A DNA stretch of 64,000 nucleotides from Candidatus Thorarchaeota archaeon (GCA_029855935.1 JAGSHN010000018.1:1-64000); one strand, 5' to 3'. Shown: positions 18,225 to 29,736, counted from the stretch's first letter. Made by a program: numbers and translations. Notes: generated by a model not told the origin, from the sequence alone.

Positions 18225-19076
18225 GTGAGCAACTTGAGGCTTGAAGAGACGAACTACATTGGCTATGACGGCACGAGAATGTATATGGCCTGCTGGCTTC
18301 CGGACGACGACCGGCCCCGAGCCCTTGTCATTACCATCCACGGCTTTGGCTCACATGGTCAGACGCTCAAGGAGATTGGAGAGTATCTCGCAGAGAGGGG
18401 GATAGCCGTCTTTGCGCCAGACATGAGAGGCTTCGGACACTACTCTGGGACCAAGGGTCACGTGATGAACTTCGACGAGTACATTGAGGATGTCCAGAAC
18501 CTTGTGATGCAGGTCAAGGACAGGTACATCAACAGACTGACATACTTGCTCGGACATTCGCTTGGTGGTCAGCACATCATCAGGTACGCGGCTCTCTATC
18601 CCAAGGAGGTCGACGGTCTCATTCTCTGGTGCCCGGCAGTCGCGCACAGCCTGAAGATCTCGCCCCTCAAGCGCCTTGTGGGGGAGATCCTCTCACTGCT
18701 GAATGTGAAGAAGTACTTCAGTGACGACACCCCTACAGAGTACGCAACACACAATCCGGAGGCGCTCAGGCAGATGGAGAACGATCCGTTGACGTGGGAC
18801 CTCGCCACCCCAAGATTCGCAATCTCGGGGCTGAGGGCGATGAAGCAAGCGATGAATGCCGCGCCTCTAATCACACTGCCCGTACTCGTGCAACAAGCAG
18901 GCGACGATATGGTCGTCCCACCGGAGAAGGTCCGCGAGTTCTACGAACGCCTGTCTTCAAAGGACAAGACGTGGATTCTCTACGAGGGCTTCTATCACGC
19001 ACTTCACTTCGAGCCGGAGAGGGAGAGGGTGTTCGAGGACACATATGCCTGGCTTGAGAGGAGGCTCCCTAGGTAG
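18225..19076 (+). CDS. Alpha/beta hydrolase, lysophospholipase/monoglyceride lipase family
   Basis: HGFGSH, D.RGFG.S.G.KG, nucleophile elbow GHSLGG, Asp in GDDMVV, and His in FYHALH.E. Confidence 0.9.
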   Translation: MSNLRLEETNYIGYDGTRMYMACWLPDDDRPRALVITIHGFGSHGQTLKEIGEYLAERGIAVFAPDMRGFGHYSGTKGHVMNFDEYIEDVQNLVMQVKDRYINRLTYLLGHSLGGQHIIRYAALYPKEVDGLILWCPAVAHSLKISPLKRLVGEILSLLNVKKYFSDDTPTEYATHNPEALRQMENDPLTWDLATPRFAISGLRAMKQAMNAAPLITLPVLVQQAGDDMVVPPEKVREFYERLSSKDKTWILYEGFYHALHFEPERERVFEDTYAWLERRLPR

Positions 19077-21876
19077 ACTCCAGTCTCGCGCGCTCCGCCC
19101 TATGGCCGAATACGATGTGGGGTGGAATCAGTAATGCAGGTATGCATGTGACAACTATGAGGAACCAGTCGAACGGGTTAATGGGCTCTGTCTGGAACAG
19201 CGGCTGCATGAGCGGTACATAGATGGTCATCAGAGTGAGAATGACCGACACCGCCACCGCAGCAAGAAGTGCACGCGACTGGCGAATATGTGTTTCCCAG
19301 ACCCAACGATACTCATCACGACAGTTCCACACAAAGACCAGCTCGAAGGTCACAACACTGGCGAACACCGTCGTCCGTGCGTGATGGAGGACCCTGTGCC
19401 AAAACGGCGATGACCAGTCAACGGCAGGACCCGTGACGCCCGGAATCCAGCCTCCGTACACTGTGAGAGAGTAGAGAAAGATGAATGATGAGGCAAGGAA
19501 GGCCAAGAACCCGGCGACCAGAACGAAGGATGCCAGGCCACGGTTCATCATCTTGGAACCCGGCTTTCTCGGCGGCCGGTTCATCACACCAGGCTCTGGT
19601 GGATCAACACCAAGGGCTAGCGCAGGGAAGCCGTCGGTGGCAAGGTTGAGCCACAGAATCTGAATCGGGGTGATTGGTAGCGGCAGTCCCAGCATGATGA
19701 TGGTGAATATCAGAAATATCTCGTCGAAGTTGGCTGCTAGCAGAAACCTGACGAACTTCCTGATGTTGGAGTATATCTCTCGCCCCTTCTGGACTGCCGT
19801 GACAATGGTCGCAAAGTTGTCATCCGTCAGTATGACATCAGAGGCCTCCTTCGTCACATCCGCGCCGCGCATTCCCATGGCCACACCAACATCCGCGGCC
19901 TTGACAGCAGGTGCATCGTTCACTCCGTCACCTGTCATGGCCACGACCTGTCCCTGCGCCTTCAGCGCCTCTACGATCCTGAGCTTATGCTCTGGAGCCA
20001 CACGCGCGTAGACATCACACCGGGCCACCGCCTCAAGGAACTCCTCATCGTTCATCCGGTCAATCTTCGAACCGGTGATCACCTCTCCGTTCTCGGGAAT
20101 CAGGCCGACTTGTCTGGCCACCGCCCGAGCTGTCAGCTCGTGGTCGCCGGTGATCATAATCGGGCGAATACCCGCGTTCTTGCACACGTCGATTGCCTCA
20201 GGGACCTCCTCACGTGGCGGGTCCATCATCCCCATCAGTCCGACAAAGACCATCTCCCTCTCGACGTGTTCGGGCTCCCAACTCTGAACCTCCTCGGCAA
20301 GAGGCCTGTAGGTGAATGCAAGTACGCGGAGCGCCTCTCCAGCGAACTCTTCGTTGACTTGAAGAATGGCCTCACGATCGGCATCGGTCATTCGACGCAC
20401 TTGATGGTTCTCGTAGATGTGGGTGCATAGTGGGAGTATGACATCCGGAGCGCCCTTCATATAGGCAAGGAGAGAGCCCTTCTCGTCCTCCACAATCGAT
20501 GTCATTCGCTTCCGCGCGGAGTCAAACGATATCTCAGACACCTCACGAAAACGGGACATCGTCTTCTCGTGCGGGATGCCGGCCTTTTCCGCGACCACCA
20601 GAATTGCTCCCTCTGTGGGATCGCCCACCACATCCCAGTCGGCGTGGCCCTTGGGGTCGGGCTGAAGGGTGGAGTTGGAGCAGACCTGTCCTATCTCGAA
20701 TATCCGTACGATATGGGGATCAGAGAGGACCTCGTACTCCTCGCCGTCTACTATGAACTTGCCCGCCGCATTATAGCCCGTGCCGGTGACCTCAATCACT
20801 CGCCTGTTGACGTAGAGCTTCCGGACGGTCATCTCGTTCTTTGTTATTGTGCCAGTCTTGTCGGAGCATATCACCGTGGTCGCACCCAGGGTCTCCACCG
20901 ACGGGAGACGCCTCACTATCGCATTGTGCTGCACCATCCGCTGGACGCCGATGGCCAGTGTGATTGTGACGACAGCTGGGAGCCCCTCGGGGATGGCAGA
21001 GACCGCCAAGGCGATGGCCGCGAGAAGCTCCTCAACGAGACTATCTGAGATGTCCTTCAGAACCTCGGCTCCAAAGACTATACCACACAACAGTATGACA
21101 ACGATTCCAAGCTTCTTGCCGAGATCTGCAAGGTCTACTTGGAGAGGCGTCATGTCCTTCTCGCTCTCTTGGACCATCTCGGCAATCTTCCCAAAGTATG
21201 TCGTCATGCCTGTGGCCGTGACCACGGCCTGGCCCTTGCCCGAGACGATTGTTGTTCCCTGGAAGACCATGTTGCGCATATCGCCGACAACGGGTGACTG
21301 AAGATGAATCGGGTCCTCAATCTTGCGGACAGCAACCGACTCGCCAGTCAGGGCAGACTCGTCAGCAGAGAGCCCCACAGCGTAGATCACACGCGCATCG
21401 GCAGGGACCTTGTTTCCCGCTTCAAGCGCGATGATGTCGCCAGGGACGACCAGTTTTGCATCAATATCGACCCAGAGACCATCACGTCTGACACGTGCAC
21501 GTGGTGCTGCCATCTCCTTCAGTGCCTCAAGGGCCTGCTCCGAACGGTACTCCTGAACGAAGCCGAATATCGCATTGAATATGACAATGGCCGAGATCAC
21601 CGCTGCATCAATGAGCCCGCCCTCCTCGTGAGACTCAGGAAGCATCGACGTGAACACCGAGATTGCAATCGCGACAAGCAATATCAGTACCATCGGGTCG
21701 GTGAATTGCTCCAGAAACATTCGCAGGGGACCCTTCTTCTCCGCCTCGACTATCTCGTTGTACCCGTATTCTGTGAGGCGAGCCTCCGCCTCTTGCGCCG
21801 TCAGTCCCTCACGACTGGCCCTCAGTTCGGCCAGAACAGACTCTACATCATTGCTGTACCATTGCGCCTTGCTCAT
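19069..21876 (-). CDS. P-type ATPase, type IIA (Ca2+-transporting)
   Basis: LTGES, IPEGLP, CSDKTGT, KGAP, MITGD, MTGDGVNDAP and QILWLNLATDG are present. The start is trimmed to ATG 21876. Confidence 0.95.
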   Translation of the reverse strand: MSKAQWYSNDVESVLAELRASREGLTAQEAEARLTEYGYNEIVEAEKKGPLRMFLEQFTDPMVLILLVAIAISVFTSMLPESHEEGGLIDAAVISAIVIFNAIFGFVQEYRSEQALEALKEMAAPRARVRRDGLWVDIDAKLVVPGDIIALEAGNKVPADARVIYAVGLSADESALTGESVAVRKIEDPIHLQSPVVGDMRNMVFQGTTIVSGKGQAVVTATGMTTYFGKIAEMVQESEKDMTPLQVDLADLGKKLGIVVILLCGIVFGAEVLKDISDSLVEELLAAIALAVSAIPEGLPAVVTITLAIGVQRMVQHNAIVRRLPSVETLGATTVICSDKTGTITKNEMTVRKLYVNRRVIEVTGTGYNAAGKFIVDGEEYEVLSDPHIVRIFEIGQVCSNSTLQPDPKGHADWDVVGDPTEGAILVVAEKAGIPHEKTMSRFREVSEISFDSARKRMTSIVEDEKGSLLAYMKGAPDVILPLCTHIYENHQVRRMTDADREAILQVNEEFAGEALRVLAFTYRPLAEEVQSWEPEHVEREMVFVGLMGMMDPPREEVPEAIDVCKNAGIRPIMITGDHELTARAVARQVGLIPENGEVITGSKIDRMNDEEFLEAVARCDVYARVAPEHKLRIVEALKAQGQVVAMTGDGVNDAPAVKAADVGVAMGMRGADVTKEASDVILTDDNFATIVTAVQKGREIYSNIRKFVRFLLAANFDEIFLIFTIIMLGLPLPITPIQILWLNLATDGFPALALGVDPPEPGVMNRPPRKPGSKMMNRGLASFVLVAGFLAFLASSFIFLYSLTVYGGWIPGVTGPAVDWSSPFWHRVLHHARTTVFASVVTFELVFVWNCRDEYRWVWETHIRQSRALLAAVAVSVILTLMTIYVPLMQPLFQTEPINPFDWFLIVVTCIPALLIPPHIVFGHRAERARLEST

Positions 21877-22056
21877 TTTGTGGACTCCGGGTGGAGATGA
21901 GCGCAATCACCTGGCTCATACGTGACGTCCTGCGCGCGGCAAAGAGAGTTATACCTTTCGGAACGTTGCGACGAATCACTAGTCGTCCTCGCACTTTCGA
22001 AATCATTAAGTCTTCTATACGATTCACCAATTGCACAGGGAGCGAGGTGGAACGGC

Positions 22057-22740
22057 ATGCCAGGAAAGCAGAAGTACTCGTTCAGGTGTCTTGAGCAGAA
22101 CTGTGACAACCGCGTATGCTGCACCCGGCCTCACGTGAACGTGACCCTCGGTGACCTCTCCCGCTGGGCGGCACAGGGCTATATCGAACACATCTTCCCC
22201 GGCCTGATCATCAATGTACCGAAGGCGAAAGAGGAGGCCTTCACCATCGAGACCCAGCGCAGAACTTTCAAGAGGACCCTAGATGGCAACGAGGAGGAGG
22301 TAGACGCCTGCATCTTCTTCAGAGAGGATGCAAACGCGTGCTCGATCAGGTACAGTCGACCAATCTCCTGTCGGACATTTCCTCTGCTATATGATGGTAG
22401 CAAGTTCATCGTCTCGGACAAGGCCTGTCCCGGAATTGGAAAAGGGGAGGTCACCAAGGAGAGTCTCAGAGAGGCGCGGGAGCTGGCGGAACAGGAGTTC
22501 CGTGAGCGCTTGGAGACGGAGGCTGCCCTCCCGTCTGTCTACGGGCTGATAATGGGCTATATGCTTCGACAGTCCGCCGAGATAGTCAGCAAGATGTCAA
22601 AGGAGGACAGAGAGAGGCTTGAGGAGATAATGTCGAAGACCCCGAAGACAGGAGAAGAAACGGGGGCGCCAGTGGGCCACGAGCACGAGAGGGGAGGGGA
22701 GAAGACGGAGAGCCAGAGCGGCAAGGGGGAGAATGAGTGA
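22057..22740 (+). CDS. YkgJ-family cysteine cluster (CxxCxxCC, putative Fe-S/Zn) protein
   Basis: FRC....C....CC, CIFF, CSI...RP.SCRTFP and CPG. ATG 22057 follows a GAGGTG SD. Confidence 0.85.
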   Translation: MPGKQKYSFRCLEQNCDNRVCCTRPHVNVTLGDLSRWAAQGYIEHIFPGLIINVPKAKEEAFTIETQRRTFKRTLDGNEEEVDACIFFREDANACSIRYSRPISCRTFPLLYDGSKFIVSDKACPGIGKGEVTKESLREARELAEQEFRERLETEAALPSVYGLIMGYMLRQSAEIVSKMSKEDRERLEEIMSKTPKTGEETGAPVGHEHERGGEKTESQSGKGENE

Positions 22741-23850
22741 CTACCGCTCCTCCACGATCCTGAGTTCCTTGGGGCTGAAGGTCAGAGGCTCGCAGCCGTC
22801 GTTCGTGATGACAACAAGGTCCTCTATCCTGACGCCGAACTTTCCCTCTAGATACACCCCCGGCTCGACGCTGTGAGTCATCCCCACATCAAGCGCCATC
22901 GCATTTCCTCTGACCAGATACGGCGGCTCGTGTACCTCAAGTCCAATCCCGTGACCGAGTCTGTGAGTGAAGAACTCCCCAAGGCCCTCCTCCTCGATCA
23001 CCCGTCGCGCAATGCCGTCTGCGCTGCCGCAGGCCAGGCCAGGTGCCAGCCTCTCAAGAGCAGCCTCTTGGGCTCTGAGGACGATCCTGTACACACGTTC
23101 CTGTTCCTCGGAGGGCGGTCCAAGTATGCCCACGCGTGTCATGTCGGTGTTGTAGCCGTCAAGGCTACAGCCACAGTCGAGTAGAACTATGTCGCCGCGC
23201 ACGAGTTCTCTCGGCCCGGCCTCTGCATGCGGAAGAGCACTGTCGGGACCAAACTGAACTGCAGCAAAGGTTGGAGTCGCCCCCTGACGGACTATCTCGT
23301 CCTCGATGACCCTCTTGAGCTCGACCTCCGTGATTCCGGGATGGGCGTGTCTGAAGGCAGCCTCCTCCGCGTCAGCAATGATGTGACCGGCCCGCCGCAT
23401 CAGCTCCAGTTCAGGAGCAGTCTTCCGAATCCGCATCTCACCCAATAGTTGCGTGATTGATACATCCCGCCGCAGATCCTGGAGATGCCGACGAAGCTGG
23501 CGAAACACACCGAGCGGTAGCGCGTCGTCGAGGGCAACTGTCTCAGCGTTCTCCTGATTCACGACGCTGATGACGAGGTCATAGGGATCCTCGTCCTCCT
23601 GCCAAGAACGAACATCCTGAATCCATGTCTTCCTTGAGAGGTTTGATTCCTCAAACGCGGGAACGACGAGAGATGGCGGTCCTTCAGAGGGGATGACAAC
23701 GGCAATGAGCCTCTCGCGCATCGAGTAGTGAATGCCTGTCAGATACGCGAAGTTGGGAGAGGGAGTCAGTAGCGCGAAGGATGCACCACTCGACCGGAGA
23801 AACTGCTGCACCCGGTCTACCCGAGACTCGTACGTCCGTGCATCTAGCAT
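22741..23850 (-). CDS. Xaa-Pro aminopeptidase / prolidase (M24B)
   Basis: Creatinase-like N domain, PH, D.G....GY.TDMTR, H.LGHGIGLEVHE.P, SVEPGVY and GVRIED. Confidence 0.93.
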   Translation of the reverse strand: MLDARTYESRVDRVQQFLRSSGASFALLTPSPNFAYLTGIHYSMRERLIAVVIPSEGPPSLVVPAFEESNLSRKTWIQDVRSWQEDEDPYDLVISVVNQENAETVALDDALPLGVFRQLRRHLQDLRRDVSITQLLGEMRIRKTAPELELMRRAGHIIADAEEAAFRHAHPGITEVELKRVIEDEIVRQGATPTFAAVQFGPDSALPHAEAGPRELVRGDIVLLDCGCSLDGYNTDMTRVGILGPPSEEQERVYRIVLRAQEAALERLAPGLACGSADGIARRVIEEEGLGEFFTHRLGHGIGLEVHEPPYLVRGNAMALDVGMTHSVEPGVYLEGKFGVRIEDLVVITNDGCEPLTFSPKELRIVEER

Positions 23851-23985
23851 CTTATGACACTCGCTCGGCTACAGTCTCCTATGTTCTTGTTCTTAACACA
23901 TTCGGTGACTGCGAAGCCATTACCAATAGAACTAGAGTTAAATTGCAGCACTGGCGGGGGCGAGGTCCCGGGAGTTGATTGGCAC

Positions 23986-25326
23986 TTGTCAGCGGAGTCG
24001 GAGAGTGGCGGCAGACTACCTGCCAGAGTCTTCCTCGTGGGATCGTTGACAAGATTTGCCCAGGGCCTGTATCAGCCCTTTCTCGGAGCATACCTGATAG
24101 ATATGGGTGCCACTTACTCCGAGCTCAGCACGTTCCGTAGCGTGGGCAACATTGCCCCCACAATCCTTCAGCCACTATGGGGTGCAGGGTCCGACCGCGT
24201 TGGCCGCGCAAAGGCGTTCGTCGTCTTCGGCACGCTCACTGGTCTCTTCACGGTGCTCCTCTTTCTCTGGGCCGCAACGCCTATTGACATGATAATACTC
24301 TATGGCATTCAGTCTCTCCTGCTGAGCATCCAGATACCCACGTGGCTGTCTCTGATTGGTGGACTGATTGACGAGGAACACAGAGGGACAGAGCTCGGAA
24401 ACCTCGGTATTGTCACCAATGTCGCCTCCCTTCTTGCAACACTGCTGTCGGGCTTTATCGCAGGATTCCCAGCCGTCATCCCATACCTGCGTCAGGCTCT
24501 CGGTGATATTGGATTCATTCTTTTCCCCACTGTGGAGGCCTGGAGAGAGGCCTACTACGTGCCGTTCTATCTGACGGCCGTTGTGGGTATAACGTCCTCC
24601 ATAGTGGCGCTCACCATAAGAGAGAAACCACCTGACAAGACACAGAAGAGAACATTCCCGCCAATCCACAGGATTCTGTCACGGCCCGGGGACTTCCGCA
24701 GACTCTGTGCAGTGGCCACAATGTTCTCGTTTTCTATGTCTATGGCGTGGCCGTTCTTCTCTGTGGTCCAGAGGGTCTGGCTGCAGAACACGCTCCTCGA
24801 GATTGCCATAGCCTCAGCAATAATGACGGGTGTGACCGTCGTCTTCACAGGACCGCTCGGGCGTCTCAGTGACCGCGTGGGACGCAAGCCATTGATCATA
24901 ATGGGACGAGGGACACTGTTCACGGTCCCAATCATCTATGCCTTTGCGACAAGCACCATCCATATCTACATAGCAAACGCAATTGCGGGCTTTGCCATCG
25001 CCGGGGCATTCAACGCTCTGACCGCCTACATATACGACGTTGCACCGGAGAACGAACGCGGAGCCTATCTTGCGGTCTACAACACCTTTACCGGCACAGT
25101 ATTCCTTGCGGGGTCTCTCTTTGCAGGAATCATCGCGGACCTCATAGTCCCAATTGTGGGTAGCCGCGGGGCCGTCTTTGTGATGCTCCTTGTCAGCGGA
25201 ATTATGCGACTCGTGTCGACAGGCTTCTACACCTTGCTGCGAGAGCCAAGGGAGTACAGCTCGACGCTGAGAGCCGAAGTGCTGGCATTGCTCGGCCGAC
25301 GGACGGGTGGTAGTGACCGTGTGTAG
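23986..25326 (+). CDS. MFS transporter
   Basis: About 12 TM segments with MFS motif A twice (GAGSDRVGR; GRLSDRVGRK). The start is trimmed to TTG 23986 (uncertain). Confidence 0.88.
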   Translation: MSAESESGGRLPARVFLVGSLTRFAQGLYQPFLGAYLIDMGATYSELSTFRSVGNIAPTILQPLWGAGSDRVGRAKAFVVFGTLTGLFTVLLFLWAATPIDMIILYGIQSLLLSIQIPTWLSLIGGLIDEEHRGTELGNLGIVTNVASLLATLLSGFIAGFPAVIPYLRQALGDIGFILFPTVEAWREAYYVPFYLTAVVGITSSIVALTIREKPPDKTQKRTFPPIHRILSRPGDFRRLCAVATMFSFSMSMAWPFFSVVQRVWLQNTLLEIAIASAIMTGVTVVFTGPLGRLSDRVGRKPLIIMGRGTLFTVPIIYAFATSTIHIYIANAIAGFAIAGAFNALTAYIYDVAPENERGAYLAVYNTFTGTVFLAGSLFAGIIADLIVPIVGSRGAVFVMLLVSGIMRLVSTGFYTLLREPREYSSTLRAEVLALLGRRTGGSDRV

Positions 25327-25373
25327 AAGACTTAAGTCAGAACTTCGCAACACCTCATCCGTCGCTGACGGAG

Positions 25374-25739
25374 TTGACTGCACAGTTGAAAAAGGGGCTG
25401 TCCTTTGAAGAGAGCTGGAAGGTCGAGATCAGGAGAGGCCTCCTTCAATATGCAGTCCTTGCCATCGTGCGCTCGCACAGCGACGGTATTCACGGCTATG
25501 GCATAGCGCGCGAACTCGATGAGAAGACTGATGGTCTGCTCGAGGTGAAGGAGGGTACGCTCTACCCCATACTTCACAGGCTGCGAAACGAGAGACTGCT
25601 CAATGTGAGAATCGAGCGGTCGGAGTCGGGGCCAGCAAGGAAGGTCTACGTCCTGACGGGGGAGGGTGACAGGGTATACCGCGAGCTGACCGTCACGCTT
25701 CGGAACGTGTTCGAGAGACTGAAGGAGATGATGATATGA
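25374..25739 (+). CDS. PadR family transcriptional regulator
   Basis: RRGLLQYAVL, HGYGI, EGTLYPILHRL, GPARKVY.LT.EG. Confidence 0.93.
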   Translation: MTAQLKKGLSFEESWKVEIRRGLLQYAVLAIVRSHSDGIHGYGIARELDEKTDGLLEVKEGTLYPILHRLRNERLLNVRIERSESGPARKVYVLTGEGDRVYRELTVTLRNVFERLKEMMI

Positions 25740-26179
25740 GCACTGCAGAGAGCCGAGACAGGATTGACAGATTCCTGTCAGAGGTCAGAAAGAAGCTGCC
25801 AGACACCTTTGAAGCGGAGGACATCCTTGAGGATCTCCGCACTCATATCGACGAGGCGCTTCGCGAGAGGGTTGCGGCCCATCCCGATACGCCTGAGAGA
25901 GAGCTTCTCGAGAAGGTGCTGGACGAGATTGGCGATCCTGATACAATAGCCAAGGAGTACGAAGCTGCACGGCTCGACGAGGAGGGAGAGGAGAGCGGGA
26001 GGCACCGAATGCAGATGGCCCTCAGATGTATCGTGGCCGTGGTGGTCTCTGTGCCGGCTGCGTGGGTCTTTGTTGACCTGACTCACGGGATGCTTGACTT
26101 TCCAACGGCCCTGACCGTGCTACTCATCTTTGCCCTGCTTGAGGGTATTGTCAGGTCGTGGCAGACCGAGAGCAGTTGA
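25736..26179 (+). CDS. HAAS (DUF1700-like) domain membrane protein
   Basis: FL.EV...LP....EDILEDLRTHI.E...VLDEIGDP..IAKEY followed by two TM helices. It overlaps padR by ATGA. Confidence 0.82.
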   Translation: MSTAESRDRIDRFLSEVRKKLPDTFEAEDILEDLRTHIDEALRERVAAHPDTPERELLEKVLDEIGDPDTIAKEYEAARLDEEGEESGRHRMQMALRCIVAVVVSVPAAWVFVDLTHGMLDFPTALTVLLIFALLEGIVRSWQTESS

Positions 26180-26197
26180 ATGGAGGAGGTCTGAAAC

Positions 26198-26767
26198 GTG
26201 GGAGTGAAGACGCACTACTTCGAGGAGGCGTCCCCTGAGCACACAAGAGAGGTGCTCGACATAGTCGAGGAGTTTCTCAAGGAAAACAGCGACATCGAGC
26301 ACATCGTCGTGGCAACAACAGAGGGTAATACCGGAGTGCAGACGACAGAACGATTCAGGGACCGAAGGGTGATCGTCGTGACTCACTCGACCGGATTCGT
26401 GGCACCGAACTTCAACGAACTCGCCGAGGAGGCCAGACAGAGGATAGAGGCCAATGGTGGAACGATCCTTACTACAACCCACGCCTTTGCAGGTGTCGCA
26501 CGAAGTTTCCGCAAGGTCCTAGGAACGTGGACACCCACCGAGATGATGGCGGTCGCCTTCAGAACATTCGGCCAGGGAACAAAGGTCTGTGCAGAGATAG
26601 CGATGATGGCGGCCGATGCCGGACTTGTGCCAGTGGACAGAGATGTCGTCACAATCGCCGGTACGGGACGAGGCGCAGACACAGCGTGGGTGGTCAGACC
26701 GGCATATACAAGCGAGTTCCCATCGCTCAAGATGCGGGCCTGCCTGTGCAAGCCGCTGGAGTTCTAG
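26198..26767 (+). CDS. Pyruvate-kinase C-terminal-like alpha/beta domain protein (COG1751-type)
   Basis: YFE..., [50 protein letters not shown]. Confidence 0.85.
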   Translation: MGVKTHYFEEASPEHTREVLDIVEEFLKENSDIEHIVVATTEGNTGVQTTERFRDRRVIVVTHSTGFVAPNFNELAEEARQRIEANGGTILTTTHAFAGVARSFRKVLGTWTPTEMMAVAFRTFGQGTKVCAEIAMMAADAGLVPVDRDVVTIAGTGRGADTAWVVRPAYTSEFPSLKMRACLCKPLEF

Positions 26768-27801
26768 CCAAAGACCTCTCTGAAGCGTTCGAGATACTCA
26801 CGCTGGACCCGCGTCAACTTCTCCGGTATCTCTATGTGAACACGCACGAGTTGGTCGCCCTTCCGGCCATCATTCGTGTGCACGCCCTTGCCCTTCATTC
26901 TAAATAGCGTGCCATCTCGTGTACCGCGAGGAATCTTGATCTCGCTGGAACCCCACATCGTCGGGACTTGGACAGTACCGCCAAGAACTGCAATGTCAAA
27001 TGGGATGTCAATCTCGATGTACGTGTGCAGACCGCGCCGAACGAACTTCTCGTGAGACTGAACGCTGAACACTATGATGAGATCGCCCGGAGGCCCGCCA
27101 CGCGGGCCAGCATCACCCGCCCCAGAGATGCGCTGATACATCTCATCCTCTACTCCAGGCGGGATGGGAATCTCGACCTCCACGCGCTGGCTCTCCAGTC
27201 CCGTGCCTCTGCACGTGGGACAGGGTGTTGTGACAACCTCCCCCAGACCCTGACAGGTGGGACAGGTCTGCGATACCGTCAGAAAGCCGCCCATTGATTG
27301 AATGACCTGACCACGTCCTCCGCAGGTCGGACAACGCGAGGGCGACGTGCCCGGTGCCGCGCCAGTGCCCCTGCAGGTCTTGCAGGGGACACGCCGCTTG
27401 AAGGCGACCTTCTTCTTGGTACCGAAGAACGCCTCTTCAAAGGTGAGGCGGATATTCAGTCGGAGATCACGGCCACGCATTGGTCCTCTTCTTGCGCGCG
27501 GGCCGAAATCAAAGCCGCCGAAGCCTCTGAAGAACTCTCTGAAGAGTTCGGAGAAGCCGTCCATGTCTATTCTCTGGAAGTCTGCGGTGCCATATCGGTC
27601 GTAGTTGGCGCGCTTCTCCGGATCGCTTAGCACCGAGTAGGCCTCGTTTATCTTCTTGAGCTTCTCCTCGGCCTCTTTGTCGCCCGGATTCCTGTCAGGG
27701 TGGTACTCCTTGGCGAGGCGCCTGTACGCGCGCTTGATCTCCTCCTGTGTCGCATTTCGGCTGACGCCGAGAATCTCATAGTAGTCGTCATCGGAAGCCA
27801 A
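26764..27801 (-). CDS. dnaJ: Chaperone DnaJ
   Basis: J domain with HPD, G/F region, four CxxCxGxG repeats and the C-terminal domain. Confidence 0.97.
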   Translation of the reverse strand: MASDDDYYEILGVSRNATQEEIKRAYRRLAKEYHPDRNPGDKEAEEKLKKINEAYSVLSDPEKRANYDRYGTADFQRIDMDGFSELFREFFRGFGGFDFGPRARRGPMRGRDLRLNIRLTFEEAFFGTKKKVAFKRRVPCKTCRGTGAAPGTSPSRCPTCGGRGQVIQSMGGFLTVSQTCPTCQGLGEVVTTPCPTCRGTGLESQRVEVEIPIPPGVEDEMYQRISGAGDAGPRGGPPGDLIIVFSVQSHEKFVRRGLHTYIEIDIPFDIAVLGGTVQVPTMWGSSEIKIPRGTRDGTLFRMKGKGVHTNDGRKGDQLVRVHIEIPEKLTRVQREYLERFREVFG

Positions 27802-27831
27802 GGAGTCTCACCCCGTCAAGATGACATCTGC

Positions 27832-29736
27832 CTACTCGTCGAGGTCCTCAAACTCGACATCGACAACATTCTCATCGTCGTCGCTGGTGGACGAGGATCC
27901 TGAACCACTGCCTGCGCCTGCCGCTGCGCCGGCCTTGCCCGGCTGACCTGTGGCCGCACCGAATCCTCCCACCTTGGAGGCATCGAAGCCAGTGGCACCC
28001 GCACCGACACTGCCATAGAGCTTCTCCGAGATTCTGAAGATGACCTGCTGGAGGTCATCGCTACCTGACTTGATCTTCTCGAAGTCGTCCTTCTCTATGG
28101 CCTCACGAAGGCTCTTGGCCTTCTCTTCAAACTCCTTTCGCAGATCCTCTGGAATCTTGTCCTTGTGGTCCCTCAGCAGCTTCTCGCCCTGGTAGATGAG
28201 ATTGTCGGCATTGTTCTTGGCCTCAATCTGGGCCTTTCTCTTGGCATCCTCCTCAGCGTACTTCTCTGCCTCCTTGACCATCCGCTGAATCTCGTCCTCT
28301 GAGAGATTCGTCGTTGCCGTGATGGTGATGGACTGTTCGTTGCCAGTCGCGAGGTCCTTTGCCGACACCTTGACAATGCCGTTCGCGTCTATGTCGAAGG
28401 TCACCTCAATCTGAGGGACTCCTCGCGGAGCAGGAGGTATGCCAACGAGCTTGAACCTACCGAGGGTCATATTGTCCTTTGCCAGCGGACGCTCTCCCTG
28501 CACGACATGGATCTCGACCTCTGTCTGATTGTCAGCAGCGGTCGTGAATATTTTCGACTTTCTTGTGGGGATGGTCGTGTTCCTTGGGATCAGTGGAGTG
28601 GCCACCCCGCCAAGGGTCTCCACGCTGAGAGTCAGCGGAGTGACGTCCAGTAGCAGGATGTCCTTCACCTCGCCTGCAAGCACACCGGCCTGCACTGCAG
28701 CGCCCAGAGCGACGCACTCATCAGGATTGATGCTCTTCTCGCCCTCCTTGCCGAACAGGTCGCGGATTAGCTTCTGAATCATCGGCATCCGCGTCGCACC
28801 GCCAACGAGCAGAATCTTGTCAATCTGCTCAGCCTCCAGCTTCGCGTCCTGGAGCGCCTGACGAATTGGTCCAACCGTCGCCTGAGCCAAGTCCTCAGTC
28901 ATCTGCTCGAATTTAGCACGCGTAAGCTCAAGGTTGATGTGCTTTGGACCGGACTCGTCGGCCGTGATGTAGGGCAGACTAATGATTGTGCGCTGCACCG
29001 TCGAGAGCTCAATCTTGGCCTGCTCTGCGGCATCCCGGATGCGCTGCATTGCAGCCAGGTCCTTCGTAATGTCAATGCCAGTATCCTTCTTGAACTCCTC
29101 GACCACCCAGTCGATTATGCGCTGGTCCCAGTCATCGCCACCAAGATGCGTGTTGCCACTCGTGGCGAGGACCTCATAGACATCCTCACCGATGTCAAGT
29201 ATAGAGACGTCGAAGGTGCCACCACCGAGGTCGTAGACCAGGACCTTCAGCTCATCCCCCTTGTCAAGGCCGTAGGCAAGAGCAGAGGCGGTGGGCTCAT
29301 TTATGATTCTCACAACATCAAGACCTGCGATTCTCCCAGCGTCCTTGGTCGCCTGACGCTGACTGTCATTGAAATACGCAGGTACTGTGATGACCGCCTT
29401 CTCAATCTTCTCCCCAAGAAACGCCTCGGCATCCTCCTTCAGCTTACGGAGAATCATCGCCGAGATCTCCTGGGGCGTATACTCCTTGTCGCCAATCTTC
29501 ACCCTGTAATTCTGGCCCATCTTCCTCTTTATCGAGCGAACTGTCCTGTCAGGCATGGACACTGCTTGTCTCTTCGCCAGCTCGCCGACGATGATCTCGC
29601 CGTGGGCAGTTATCCCCACCACTGAGGGGGTGAGATACTTGCCCTCAGCATTCGGTATCATAGTGGGCTTGCCGCCCTCCATATACGCAATTCCGCTGTT
29701 AGTCGTACCCAGGTCAATACCAACTATTCGTGCCAT
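27832..29736 (-). CDS. dnaK: Chaperone DnaK (Hsp70)
   Basis: [71 protein letters not shown]. Confidence 0.98.
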   Translation of the reverse strand: MARIVGIDLGTTNSGIAYMEGGKPTMIPNAEGKYLTPSVVGITAHGEIIVGELAKRQAVSMPDRTVRSIKRKMGQNYRVKIGDKEYTPQEISAMILRKLKEDAEAFLGEKIEKAVITVPAYFNDSQRQATKDAGRIAGLDVVRIINEPTASALAYGLDKGDELKVLVYDLGGGTFDVSILDIGEDVYEVLATSGNTHLGGDDWDQRIIDWVVEEFKKDTGIDITKDLAAMQRIRDAAEQAKIELSTVQRTIISLPYITADESGPKHINLELTRAKFEQMTEDLAQATVGPIRQALQDAKLEAEQIDKILLVGGATRMPMIQKLIRDLFGKEGEKSINPDECVALGAAVQAGVLAGEVKDILLLDVTPLTLSVETLGGVATPLIPRNTTIPTRKSKIFTTAADNQTEVEIHVVQGERPLAKDNMTLGRFKLVGIPPAPRGVPQIEVTFDIDANGIVKVSAKDLATGNEQSITITATTNLSEDEIQRMVKEAEKYAEEDAKRKAQIEAKNNADNLIYQGEKLLRDHKDKIPEDLRKEFEEKAKSLREAIEKDDFEKIKSGSDDLQQVIFRISEKLYGSVGAGATGFDASKVGGFGAATGQPGKAGAAAGAGSGSGSSSTSDDDENVVDVEFEDLDE

